Positions 23,659 through 32,466 of a DNA stretch of 49,932 bases are shown in pieces. Location: positions 1 through 49,932 of IMG/VR virus record IMGVR_UViG_3300030330_002882, one strand, 5' to 3'. Source of the DNA: a virus. Its lineage: Duplodnaviria > Caudoviricetes. The stretch's first letter is position 1. Every line of letters begins with the position of its first letter. Under the pieces are notes generated by a model. The model did no database searches and was not told the origin of the DNA. It was given only the letters and a program-made list of their open reading frames with translations. A program made the translations under genes and the position numbers.

Positions 23659-25277
23659 GTGGTTTGATTTTACCAAACCAAGAAGGATTCTGGGATCCTG
23701 AAAAATACTGCCACTTAAATAAAATCAGAGCCAAAAGTGGTGCCTTAGTTCCATTTAAACTTTGGGACCATCAAAGAATATTGTCTGCCGCTGTTCGTCA
23801 ATGCTACCAAGAAAACAAGTGGCTTGTTCATGTAAAGCCTCGACAGGAAGGAAGCAGTACGTTCTTTACTTGTATAGCAACGCAACACGCAATGTTTAGA
23901 AAAGGTTGCCGGGTTGGTTTGTTGGCACACAAAAAACAGATGGCTCAAAACTTGTCTGAGATGGCTGTTCGGTTTCATCGAAATATGCCAGATGCACTAA
24001 AGCCAAAGAAAACTACAGGCTTAAAAAGAACTCTTGAGTTTCCAAAATTAGACAGCAAAATGGTGGTCGCTTCTGTAAAAGATGAAGAACCTCTTCGTGG
24101 AGAAACTGTTCAAGTATTAATGGCAACAGAGATCTCTGCTTGGTCAGAGGTTGCTGGACCAGAAGCATGGACTTCCGCATTAAACGCTGTTCCAAGTAAT
24201 GGTGGATTTGTTATTGCAGAATCAACGCCAAGGTACCATGGAGATCAGCTTCACGAGCTATGCATGGACTCAGAAAATCCGCATAGTAAATGGATGAAAG
24301 TATTTGTTCCATGGACTTTTGTTCAAGAGTACTCAGTTGAGCCTCCACCCGGATGGAAACCAGATGCTTTGATTAGAGACTATGCAGATCAAAACAACAT
24401 TACAGCCGCACAAGCTTTTTGGATGCAAACAGAAGGTCTTCAAAAATGCAGAAACAACATAGAAAAGTTTAGAGCAGAGTATCCAGTAAACGAACTTGAC
24501 TGCTGGGTTTTGGCTGGCGAATCCATATTTAACACAATGAAGCTTATGGATATGCTCAACCTGATTGACAAAGGCACAGGATTAAATGCAGAGTCAGAAC
24601 CATACGTTGAGTACTCTGCACCAAAGGAAAAAAACAGGTACCTAATATTTTGCGACCCAGCAGGATCTTGGTCACAAAGAGACATGTTTGGTGTTCAGAT
24701 TATAGATATCGATAACTGTGAACAAGTTGCGGAATACTTGGGTCACAATGAAGCATTTAAAATGTCGGACAACTTAATAAAGTGGTCTAAAAAATATAAC
24801 GATGCTCGAATCTATATTGAGGCAAACGGTGTTGGAGAGGCTGTTCTTTCTCACCTTCTGGCTTCTGGATGTCGCAACATCTATCACAGAAAAGCCAGCA
24901 TGAACTATAAGGGAAGCAGTACTCGAATACCGGGCTGGTACTCAACAGCAAAAAGTAAGGCTCAGGCGATTAGCTTTCTACAAGAAATCATTGATGACTC
25001 TTCTTTGGTCTTGCATTCGACAAGATGTATTAGACAACTCATTAACTATCGTGGACAATGGGACAAGCTTGCTAGAGATAGTTCTGGCGGTCACTATGAT
25101 TTAGCAGCCGCTATGGCTGGTGCAGCGTGGGCTTGGCGAATAGAAATAGGCGCTAAGTGGGAAAATAGAAAGCTATCAGATAAAGCCATCGCTGATAAAA
25201 ACTGGAAAAGGCTGATGAAGAGAATAGACAAAGCATCTACATTAGGCGCAAACAGTCCTTGGGGTAATCACCGATGA
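23655..25277 (+). CDS. terL: Terminase large subunit
   Basis: PFKLWDHQ, Walker A-like KPRQEGSST, LRGET..LMATE, IAESTP, nuclease IFCDPAG, YIEANGVG, HYDLAAA. Confidence 0.93.
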   Translation: MSGLILPNQEGFWDPEKYCHLNKIRAKSGALVPFKLWDHQRILSAAVRQCYQENKWLVHVKPRQEGSSTFFTCIATQHAMFRKGCRVGLLAHKKQMAQNLSEMAVRFHRNMPDALKPKKTTGLKRTLEFPKLDSKMVVASVKDEEPLRGETVQVLMATEISAWSEVAGPEAWTSALNAVPSNGGFVIAESTPRYHGDQLHELCMDSENPHSKWMKVFVPWTFVQEYSVEPPPGWKPDALIRDYADQNNITAAQAFWMQTEGLQKCRNNIEKFRAEYPVNELDCWVLAGESIFNTMKLMDMLNLIDKGTGLNAESEPYVEYSAPKEKNRYLIFCDPAGSWSQRDMFGVQIIDIDNCEQVAEYLGHNEAFKMSDNLIKWSKKYNDARIYIEANGVGEAVLSHLLASGCRNIYHRKASMNYKGSSTRIPGWYSTAKSKAQAISFLQEIIDDSSLVLHSTRCIRQLINYRGQWDKLARDSSGGHYDLAAAMAGAAWAWRIEIGAKWENRKLSDKAIADKNWKRLMKRIDKASTLGANSPWGNHR

Positions 25278-27013
25278 ATGCGTATTCAGAGTTAGAGCAA
25301 ACATCTAAAGAGGAAAAAGAAGTAGTTCGTTTGGCTACTCTTATTGCTCAGACAGAAGAAAACTTTCAAAAAAACCGCGCCGAAGAACTAATCCGAAATC
25401 TTGCTTACTATCGTGGTGAGTTTTGGATGGGTGACGGATATTCTGTAGGAACTGCACAAGACTCAGCCCGACACTACACGGCAATCCAAAATGAAGTATT
25501 CCCGATTATTGACACGATTGCGTCGTCTCTTGCGATGGACTTGCCTCAAGTTGAGGCGATTGACCAAAGGGAAGAGTCGTACAAAGTACCAAACAGAAGT
25601 CAAGACCCCACTTATGCTGGAAAGCGTGTTGCGTCTGCACTAAACTTTTTCGCTGAAGAAGACTCGTTGGATGAAAGTCTGCGAGAACTAATCTTGCATG
25701 CTCTCATATTTGATATGAGCGTCATTAAAGTGATGTGGTCTTCTGACCTTGGTCGTCCAATATGGAGAACAAAGCTTCCTTGGGAAGTTCATTTTGATCC
25801 AAACGCAAAACGCATTGAAGATGCAATGTGGTGTTTCGAGCGATTCGTTATTCACGTAGAAGACTTGAAATCTAGAATCGATTCTGGAGTTTACTCACGG
25901 CCAAAGAAGACTATCAAGGGCGATACATATCCAAGAAGCCTTGTTTACAATCAAATGAAGGATGAGGCTGAGATTAAGCTTCGAGAAGCTGGGCTAAAAG
26001 AATACGTATCACTGGTAGAGTTTTGGGACTTTAAGCACAACAAGCTTTACCACATGCACCCAGATACAAAACAAGTGCTTATGGAGTCGGAGATCCCATA
26101 TGGGAGACCATACGAAGTTCTTGTATTTCATCCCGGCATTGGTCGTATTCGGGGCATTTCAGACGTTACTTTGGTTGCTCCTATTCAGCGAGATATCAAT
26201 GAACTAGTTAGCGCGCGTAGAGAAGTGGTCGCACGTCTTCCACGACGAATGATGATTGACTCTAAACTTTTTAGGTCTGACGACGAGTTTGAACGATTTA
26301 AGAATGCTCGAACATGGGAGCCAACCCTTGTTCAGGGGCCTCCTGATGGAACGATTGATCAGCATATTTTTGTAAGCCCTGAAATGCCTACAACCTTTGA
26401 TTTTAATCAGCACCTTGGTCAATCTGTAGATTCTATTAGGTGGCTTCCGGGGATGGCTGATTATCAGCAGGGTCAGGTTAGAAACATTCGGACAGCCGCA
26501 GAAGCAAACATGATTCGCTCCGCGATTGAAGGACGGCTTGCAATACGTTCTAGAAAAGTTGTTCGTGTAGTTACAACTATGTTTAGAAAAGCTTTGGATT
26601 CTTTAAAATGGGCAATCGTTCACAAAGAAGTGTCCGGTATAAATATGGATAAGATTTCCAAGTTGGTTCAAAACGATGTGGAAACTTCTGTGTTTGAAAA
26701 TGAGATTTTAAACAAGTCTCCAAAGTTTAGGCTTCTGCCGTTTAGCCCACTTATGGAAGACAAGATTGCGCGTAGAGGACACCTTGTTGATCTTATTGCA
26801 TTCCTTTCTTCTGCTGGCCCAATGTCTGATGCGATTGATCAAAGCGAACTTGCTAGAGAGATTGTAGATGCGTTTGGATTTAGGCCGTCATTAGTAAAGA
26901 AAGACTCACCGTTAGAATCAATGGGTCAGGCTGAAGAGGTTGACCCAGCATCCGCTATAGAAGATATTGCTGCTATGGGAGCAAACCCAATGATGGGTAT
27001 TCCAGAAAACTAA
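25274..27013 (+). CDS. Portal protein (P22-like)
   Basis: 579 aa directly after terL; AYYRGEFW, PWEVHFDPNA, IQRDINEL, G...RTAAEA motifs. Confidence 0.85.
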   Translation: MNAYSELEQTSKEEKEVVRLATLIAQTEENFQKNRAEELIRNLAYYRGEFWMGDGYSVGTAQDSARHYTAIQNEVFPIIDTIASSLAMDLPQVEAIDQREESYKVPNRSQDPTYAGKRVASALNFFAEEDSLDESLRELILHALIFDMSVIKVMWSSDLGRPIWRTKLPWEVHFDPNAKRIEDAMWCFERFVIHVEDLKSRIDSGVYSRPKKTIKGDTYPRSLVYNQMKDEAEIKLREAGLKEYVSLVEFWDFKHNKLYHMHPDTKQVLMESEIPYGRPYEVLVFHPGIGRIRGISDVTLVAPIQRDINELVSARREVVARLPRRMMIDSKLFRSDDEFERFKNARTWEPTLVQGPPDGTIDQHIFVSPEMPTTFDFNQHLGQSVDSIRWLPGMADYQQGQVRNIRTAAEANMIRSAIEGRLAIRSRKVVRVVTTMFRKALDSLKWAIVHKEVSGINMDKISKLVQNDVETSVFENEILNKSPKFRLLPFSPLMEDKIARRGHLVDLIAFLSSAGPMSDAIDQSELAREIVDAFGFRPSLVKKDSPLESMGQAEEVDPASAIEDIAAMGANPMMGIPEN

Positions 27014-27023
27014 GAGGTATAAA

Positions 27024-27413
27024 ATGGATTTTGGTACATTGGCAAAGAAGGCTCACTCTGGAGACAAAGAAGCGCTTTCTATTCTTGTTATTGAAGCACC
27101 AGCCGGAATGATGGGTGATATGAGTCCAGAAGAGTTTGCTAAAAAGCTAGCAGAAGACTCTGCAATGGCTGAAAAAATGAGCGGCATGGATCACTTTTCT
27201 AAAGATTCATTCGACGCATACGGTGATAAGGAAAAGCATGATCACTCTTCAGATGATTATCCAGACGATCCACATGCAACAATGAAGCAAATGGCAGCAG
27301 AAATGTACAAGGCTTCAAAGCATCATATGAAGTTGGCCGACAAGCTTATGGAAATGTGCAAAGAGATGTACGGTGATTCTGAGCCAGAAAAATCAGAAGG
27401 CAGCGATTACTAA
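27024..27413 (+). CDS. Hypothetical acidic Met/His-rich head-region protein
   Basis: 129 aa, GAGGT RBS. Confidence 0.65.
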   Translation: MDFGTLAKKAHSGDKEALSILVIEAPAGMMGDMSPEEFAKKLAEDSAMAEKMSGMDHFSKDSFDAYGDKEKHDHSSDDYPDDPHATMKQMAAEMYKASKHHMKLADKLMEMCKEMYGDSEPEKSEGSDY

Positions 27414-27414
27414 T

Positions 27415-27930
27415 ATGCCAATGTTTATGTATGAATGTAGTAGCTGTAACATCAAGTTTGAAGAACTATTCTTATCTTCTAATGCAAATACAGATACTAC
27501 AGATTGTTCTTATTGCGGAAAAATCGCAAGCAAATGTGGCGTACAAAAGTTTACTCATGTTGGTCCAGTTTTTGAGGGACTTGATGACTACAGCATTGCT
27601 TTTGGTAAAGAAGTAAAAAGCTACAAGGACATTAAGAAACTAGAAGATGAAAACGGTTGGAGCCGGATGAGTCATGACTCTCAACGGTACAAAGACTACG
27701 TTGCATCAAGTAAACAAGAAATGTACGAAATGGGTGAGGCTTACAATAAAGGAAGCCATGTTGGATTAGCTGATCACATTACTAAGAAAGAAATACAAGA
27801 CGGAACTGGTTGGTCAGACCAAAAATATCAGCAGTGGAGATCTAAGGCTGATAAGGCCGAAAAGTACGCCCGAGACGGAAAGATCGACATCTCTGAAAAA
27901 GCAACAGCTAAACCGCAATCTGCTGATTAA
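27415..27930 (+). CDS. FmdB-like zinc-ribbon protein with C-terminal extension
   Basis: MPMFMYECSSC...CSYCG; start at ATG 27415. Confidence 0.7.
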   Translation: MPMFMYECSSCNIKFEELFLSSNANTDTTDCSYCGKIASKCGVQKFTHVGPVFEGLDDYSIAFGKEVKSYKDIKKLEDENGWSRMSHDSQRYKDYVASSKQEMYEMGEAYNKGSHVGLADHITKKEIQDGTGWSDQKYQQWRSKADKAEKYARDGKIDISEKATAKPQSAD

Positions 27931-27939
27931 GGAAATAAA

Positions 27940-28449
27940 ATGGTAGACGCTAATCAACTTGCAAATATGCCACTAGAAGATTTAGAAGCAATGCTAATGG
28001 AAGAAAGCCAAAAGCTTAGTGATCTTCTTGCTACTGGTGGACCAGAAACTATTCCTGCTGCACCTATGGATGAACCAATGGCTGAACAAGACCCAATGAT
28101 GATGGAAGAAGAGATTCCTGAAATGACCTCTTCTCCAATCATGAACGAAGAAGTTCCTCTTGATATGTTGTCACCCGACATTATCCAAAGTGCCTCGACT
28201 GCTTTAGTTGAGGCGGGTTTTTTAGATAAAGCAACAAATGAAATGTCTCCAGAACTTATTGAAGTATTTCAAGGTGTTGCCGACCTTTTGTCACCCGGAA
28301 TCTATAATCTAAATAACGATTCAGACTTAATGGAGTTTGTAAATGGAATCGCAAACGGAACAGTACCAATCACAGGACTTGGCGGAGCAGGAACCGGAGC
28401 AGCCGCAGGAAACCCAGCACAGCCTGCCCCAGCCGGACCAATCATCTAA
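27940..28449 (+). CDS. Acidic head-region hypothetical protein
   Basis: 169 aa, AAGGA RBS, very D/E/M/P-rich with almost no basic residues. Confidence 0.65.
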   Translation: MVDANQLANMPLEDLEAMLMEESQKLSDLLATGGPETIPAAPMDEPMAEQDPMMMEEEIPEMTSSPIMNEEVPLDMLSPDIIQSASTALVEAGFLDKATNEMSPELIEVFQGVADLLSPGIYNLNNDSDLMEFVNGIANGTVPITGLGGAGTGAAAGNPAQPAPAGPII

Positions 28450-29218
28450 CGAATCTGAACAACTAGAGGTTCAGGGAACAGATGAAATCAGTGATGAGAA
28501 TGTATTAAATACATTAGAAGAAAATCCAGAACTTCTGTCTCAAGATTCTGATAATCAACAACAAGAATCAACTCCTGAACAAGAGGCTATTGAATACAAT
28601 AGTATTGATGATATTGATTTATCGTCACTGTCAGAAGATCTTCGATCACAGATTGAACCTATTCTTGGTTTAGTTCAACAAGAAAAGTCATTGCTTGATG
28701 CTGAGAAAGAAGCATTTAAAAGCGCTCGACAAGAGTTTACTGACCTCATTGAGGCTATGGAAAACTCTGGTTACGATGTAAAACCCTTGCAGGAACGCAT
28801 TGACGAACAGAACGACTTTATCGAAACAATGTCTACAGATATGATCGATACTGCTTGGCAGGCTTTTACTGCTACTCATCCAGAATATGATCAAGTTCCA
28901 GACAATGCTCGACAGTTATTCTCTAAAGAACTTGAGAGACTGTTCGATCGTCACGACGGTAATACTGTTTTAGATAGAATGAATAATGCATATAACTATT
29001 CATTATGGAGGTCAGGTGTTGACAAAAACTCCCTATCTTCAGAAAAAAGTGTTACTGTTTCTAAGAAATCTGAAACAACCTCAGCACAAAATAAAAATGC
29101 ACCCAAACAAGCAGTCATTGCAGATGGACGTATCGCTACTAGCGCACCAGTCCGAAGTGTTGACCAACTTGATTGGGGAGAAGTTTTAGACCGACACGCC
29201 CACCTCTTGGACAGATAA
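28343..29218 (+). CDS. Capsid scaffolding protein
   Basis: Acidic disordered N-terminus, coiled coil, F...HPEY motif, directly upstream of the capsid gene. Confidence 0.7.
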   Translation: MESQTEQYQSQDLAEQEPEQPQETQHSLPQPDQSSNESEQLEVQGTDEISDENVLNTLEENPELLSQDSDNQQQESTPEQEAIEYNSIDDIDLSSLSEDLRSQIEPILGLVQQEKSLLDAEKEAFKSARQEFTDLIEAMENSGYDVKPLQERIDEQNDFIETMSTDMIDTAWQAFTATHPEYDQVPDNARQLFSKELERLFDRHDGNTVLDRMNNAYNYSLWRSGVDKNSLSSEKSVTVSKKSETTSAQNKNAPKQAVIADGRIATSAPVRSVDQLDWGEVLDRHAHLLDR

Positions 29219-29239
29219 ATCAAACTTGGAGACTAAATC

Positions 29240-30340
29240 ATGGCTCTTTTAGAGTACGCAACACTCACGGTACCGGATGTCGTAAAGAAGTCCGTTGTCA
29301 GCTTTTATAACCGCGATCCTCTTTTGAAGGCTCTGCAAAGCCGGATGCAAGTAAAGCGTTCCGGTGGAACTAATGTTCGCGTTGTTCGCGTCAAGTCCGG
29401 TCACTCGGATGTTGTCGAGATTAATGAAACGAACTTGTCTGTTCCATTAGCCAAGCGTGAAACGCTTAGTTCAATGACTGGTGACTGGGCAAAGTACATC
29501 AAGCCCGTCATTCTTCCGCACATTGATCGTGATCGTATGAGCAGCAAGGAAGAAGTAAAGCGTTTCGTTCAAGACGAATCCAACGCTGCAATGCAGGCTC
29601 TTCGCAATGATGTGACCCGTCAGATTTACTTGGGTAACGTTAGCAACTTGCTTGGACTTGCTACCCTGAACGGTGCTCGGATTAGTGGTACTGCTTCTGG
29701 TTTTGCTAATGGAGCGATTCAGTTCCAAGAACCGTTAGCACAAGCTACTGAGGGTCTTACGTATCTTAACGAAACTCGCGTCAACGATACGACCAACTTT
29801 GTTGATAACTGGTTCAACCAGTTTTCGATTGGTACTGTAGGTACAACTTTCCTTCCCGCTGCGGAAGAGCTTAAGATTACCGCTGATACCTATGCTGACG
29901 ATGAAGAAGGTATTTCTCTGGGTATTCTTGGAATCGCTGACCACGTTTTGTTGGGTGAAGAAGTTCGTACTACTGGTGCTACTTCTGGACCACAACTTAT
30001 GTATACGGTTGATGACATTACTTCTGGTAAGGCCAACCCTACAGTTCACATTGTGAACGGTGTTCAGTACCATGCAAACCGTTGGATGACTGCTGATTCA
30101 GTCGTGGGTTCTGGTGGACGTTCGGTGGTAAACCCTGTGTATTTGCTTAACCCCAACACTATTCAGTACTGGGTCAATGCAAACAACGACTTCCGGGTAA
30201 CCAAGTTCACGGACCACCTTGAGACCTCAAACGTAGACGCTGACGTTGGTTACATCATCATGGAAATCCAACTTGCTGTTACCAACCCAATGGCTAACGG
30301 TGCTGTTGCAACTGCTGCTGTTAACTCGACCGACGCCTAA
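29240..30340 (+). CDS. Major capsid protein
   Basis: 366 aa after the scaffold, GGAG RBS, biased codon use, PLLKAL...SGG, QIYLG, YLLNP motifs, followed by a terminator. Confidence 0.85.
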   Translation: MALLEYATLTVPDVVKKSVVSFYNRDPLLKALQSRMQVKRSGGTNVRVVRVKSGHSDVVEINETNLSVPLAKRETLSSMTGDWAKYIKPVILPHIDRDRMSSKEEVKRFVQDESNAAMQALRNDVTRQIYLGNVSNLLGLATLNGARISGTASGFANGAIQFQEPLAQATEGLTYLNETRVNDTTNFVDNWFNQFSIGTVGTTFLPAAEELKITADTYADDEEGISLGILGIADHVLLGEEVRTTGATSGPQLMYTVDDITSGKANPTVHIVNGVQYHANRWMTADSVVGSGGRSVVNPVYLLNPNTIQYWVNANNDFRVTKFTDHLETSNVDADVGYIIMEIQLAVTNPMANGAVATAAVNSTDA

Positions 30341-30350
30341 TCATATATTA

Positions 30351-30375
30351 GCCCCCTTCGGGGGGCATTTTCTTT
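30351..30375 (+). terminator. Intrinsic terminator after capsid gene
   Basis: GCCCCC-TTCG-GGGGGC followed by ATTTTCTTT. Confidence 0.85.
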
Positions 30376-30387
30376 CGGAGACTTCTC

Positions 30388-30864
30388 ATGCCCGTACCTG
30401 ATATGGTTTATCTTAGTACCCCTACGGATACATCGAGCACCGCCTACGGCGTTACCGGTGAAATCCGTGTGCACCTGCATCCAACTTTTGGAATGCAGTA
30501 TTACCGTATGATTCAAAACAACCGAGGAAGCGCAATCCCTGCTGGTCAGCTTTGTGCTTTTGACACTGGTAACCCTCTTAAGGTTACTCTTGCTGGAGCA
30601 AGTACACTTGCTGCTTCTTGTGCCGGTGTCGCTGTTGTTGAGATTCCTAACGGTCACTTCGGTTGGGTTGTTTGTCGAGGCCAAGTAAGTGCTGACGCAA
30701 ACGGAACAACTACTGCTGGCGAACTGTGTCGTCCTGTTGCTGGTGGTCAGATTACCGGTGATGCAACGCCAAGTAGCTCTGTTGAAGCCGCCCAAATCAT
30801 TGGGTTCTGGCCAGAAGGCAGTGCTGGTTCTGGTCTCAAGACTGCATACATTACTATTATCTGA
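30388..30864 (+). CDS. Capsid decoration/cement protein
   Basis: 158 aa, Gly/Ala/Thr-rich, AGVAVVEIPNGHFGWVVCRG motif, directly after the capsid gene. Confidence 0.7.
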   Translation: MPVPDMVYLSTPTDTSSTAYGVTGEIRVHLHPTFGMQYYRMIQNNRGSAIPAGQLCAFDTGNPLKVTLAGASTLAASCAGVAVVEIPNGHFGWVVCRGQVSADANGTTTAGELCRPVAGGQITGDATPSSSVEAAQIIGFWPEGSAGSGLKTAYITII

Positions 30865-30885
30865 TAATAATAGCGACCTGCTAAG

Positions 30886-30924
30886 ATCCCTTAAGAGTGG
30901 TATGCTCTTAGGGGATTCTTTTTT
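30886..30924 (+). terminator. Terminator hairpin overlapping a possible extended -10 element
   Basis: ATCCCTTAAGAG-TGGTATG-CTCTTAGGGGAT then TCTTTTTT. Confidence 0.75.
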
Positions 30925-30936
30925 ATAGAGGTTACT

Positions 30937-32466
30937 GTGAACTTAGCTGATATTCGAGAAGCTATCCGAGTAAAGACTGGCTACCCAGAAAGAGGAAAAG
31001 CTGGTACAGATAGGATAAATAATACTATCAATCAATCACTTCGCACTCTTTGGGGAGAGATTCCAGAAGTTTTATTGAAGTGTGAGCAACGTCTTCAGCT
31101 TGAACCAGAGCGTACTTTAACTGTTACGCGAGATCCGTCTGACCCAAAAGTATTTATTGGGGTCGAAGGGGCGGGTACATTTAGTAATGCAGAGGTATCT
31201 AGCAAAGTATTGTCTGCTAGAAACCTTGAGTGGAACTATGAAGGCAAGTGGTACCAAAGAAGGATTGCAGAAGTATTCTTGGGCGGTCAGTTTGGAAACA
31301 TTCCGCATATTGTTGTAACTGAGCCTGTTCCTACAGAAATCGTAAGTACATCTACTCAGATGAACGCAAAGATTTATACTTACGAATATCCATATGATGC
31401 AGATATTCAATCGATCCGAAGGATTATAAAAAATCCAGAGTCAAACCCAAGAGAGATTCCTTTATCTGCTGTTGGCGGAGAACTTAGCGGAGTAAAGATT
31501 AGTAACGGCTGGCAAAGCGTAGGACAGATCCAATACTACGCCAGAGGAGACTTCTACCAGCAGCCTTCTCCACACTACTCTCCAGAAGTAGATGTCACTG
31601 ACCGATCATTTAATGGCAACTATAAGTGGGGTTTTGATCACGACGGTTCAACTTATGTTGAAAATACAAAGTACGGTCAAGCCGGTACATTTTCTTACAA
31701 AGTCTGCCACGTATGGGGTCGATTCTCAGAGGAGATGCGTCAGATAGATGGCGGTGTAGAAGACCCAGACGTTGGATATCCGTTTTATATTTCATCGCCT
31801 TCTGGTGCCTCAAAGCAAGCATCAACAAAGTGGGGAGAGCCCGGTATAGTTATAGATCTTCCTGATATTGATTATATCTATGGATACGGTCAAGACACTA
31901 CCATCAACTCTTATAAACGATCAGGTATTGAGAAATGGGTGTTTAGGGCAAGGCATGCAACAGATGCTGAGGTAAAGCTTGGCGCTGGAAGCATCCATTC
32001 AAAGATCCTAGAGGATGATGGTATCTACTACCTTTGGAAGGTTACAGACGCTTCTACAACTCAGTTAGTTGACCTTGGTCAAATGGACCCAGTATCAAAG
32101 CTTTATCAGCTACGAGACTTTATGGGGCACTACCATATTCGTTTCGACAAAAGGCCGTCTGCAAAAGATCAGATTCTTATGTCTTGTATTCGCAGACCCC
32201 CTGTTCTCAAAAACGATACTGACAGCCCCAATCTTCCCCCAGAATGCTACGGGTGCATTATTGAGCTAGCGTGCTCATATCTTCTCGGAGATAGAGACGG
32301 AGACGTGAAAAGGAAGGGTATCTATTACGATGCACACCTTCTTGAGCTTCAGAAACTTAAACGAATGTATACGTTCTCGGGCCATGAGCGCCCTGCGTTC
32401 GGAAACGGAATCAGCAGCATGAGCTACTATAGGACGGGAGATTATCCAGTAACGGAGAAATCGTAA
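30937..32466 (+). CDS. Head-tail adaptor (P22 gp4/T7 gp11-like ends) with large central insertion
   Basis: N-terminal MNLADIREAI...INNTINQSLRTL and C-terminal L..DTDSPNLPPECYGCIIELA are adaptor-like; 509 aa. Confidence 0.6.
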   Translation: MNLADIREAIRVKTGYPERGKAGTDRINNTINQSLRTLWGEIPEVLLKCEQRLQLEPERTLTVTRDPSDPKVFIGVEGAGTFSNAEVSSKVLSARNLEWNYEGKWYQRRIAEVFLGGQFGNIPHIVVTEPVPTEIVSTSTQMNAKIYTYEYPYDADIQSIRRIIKNPESNPREIPLSAVGGELSGVKISNGWQSVGQIQYYARGDFYQQPSPHYSPEVDVTDRSFNGNYKWGFDHDGSTYVENTKYGQAGTFSYKVCHVWGRFSEEMRQIDGGVEDPDVGYPFYISSPSGASKQASTKWGEPGIVIDLPDIDYIYGYGQDTTINSYKRSGIEKWVFRARHATDAEVKLGAGSIHSKILEDDGIYYLWKVTDASTTQLVDLGQMDPVSKLYQLRDFMGHYHIRFDKRPSAKDQILMSCIRRPPVLKNDTDSPNLPPECYGCIIELACSYLLGDRDGDVKRKGIYYDAHLLELQKLKRMYTFSGHERPAFGNGISSMSYYRTGDYPVTEKS

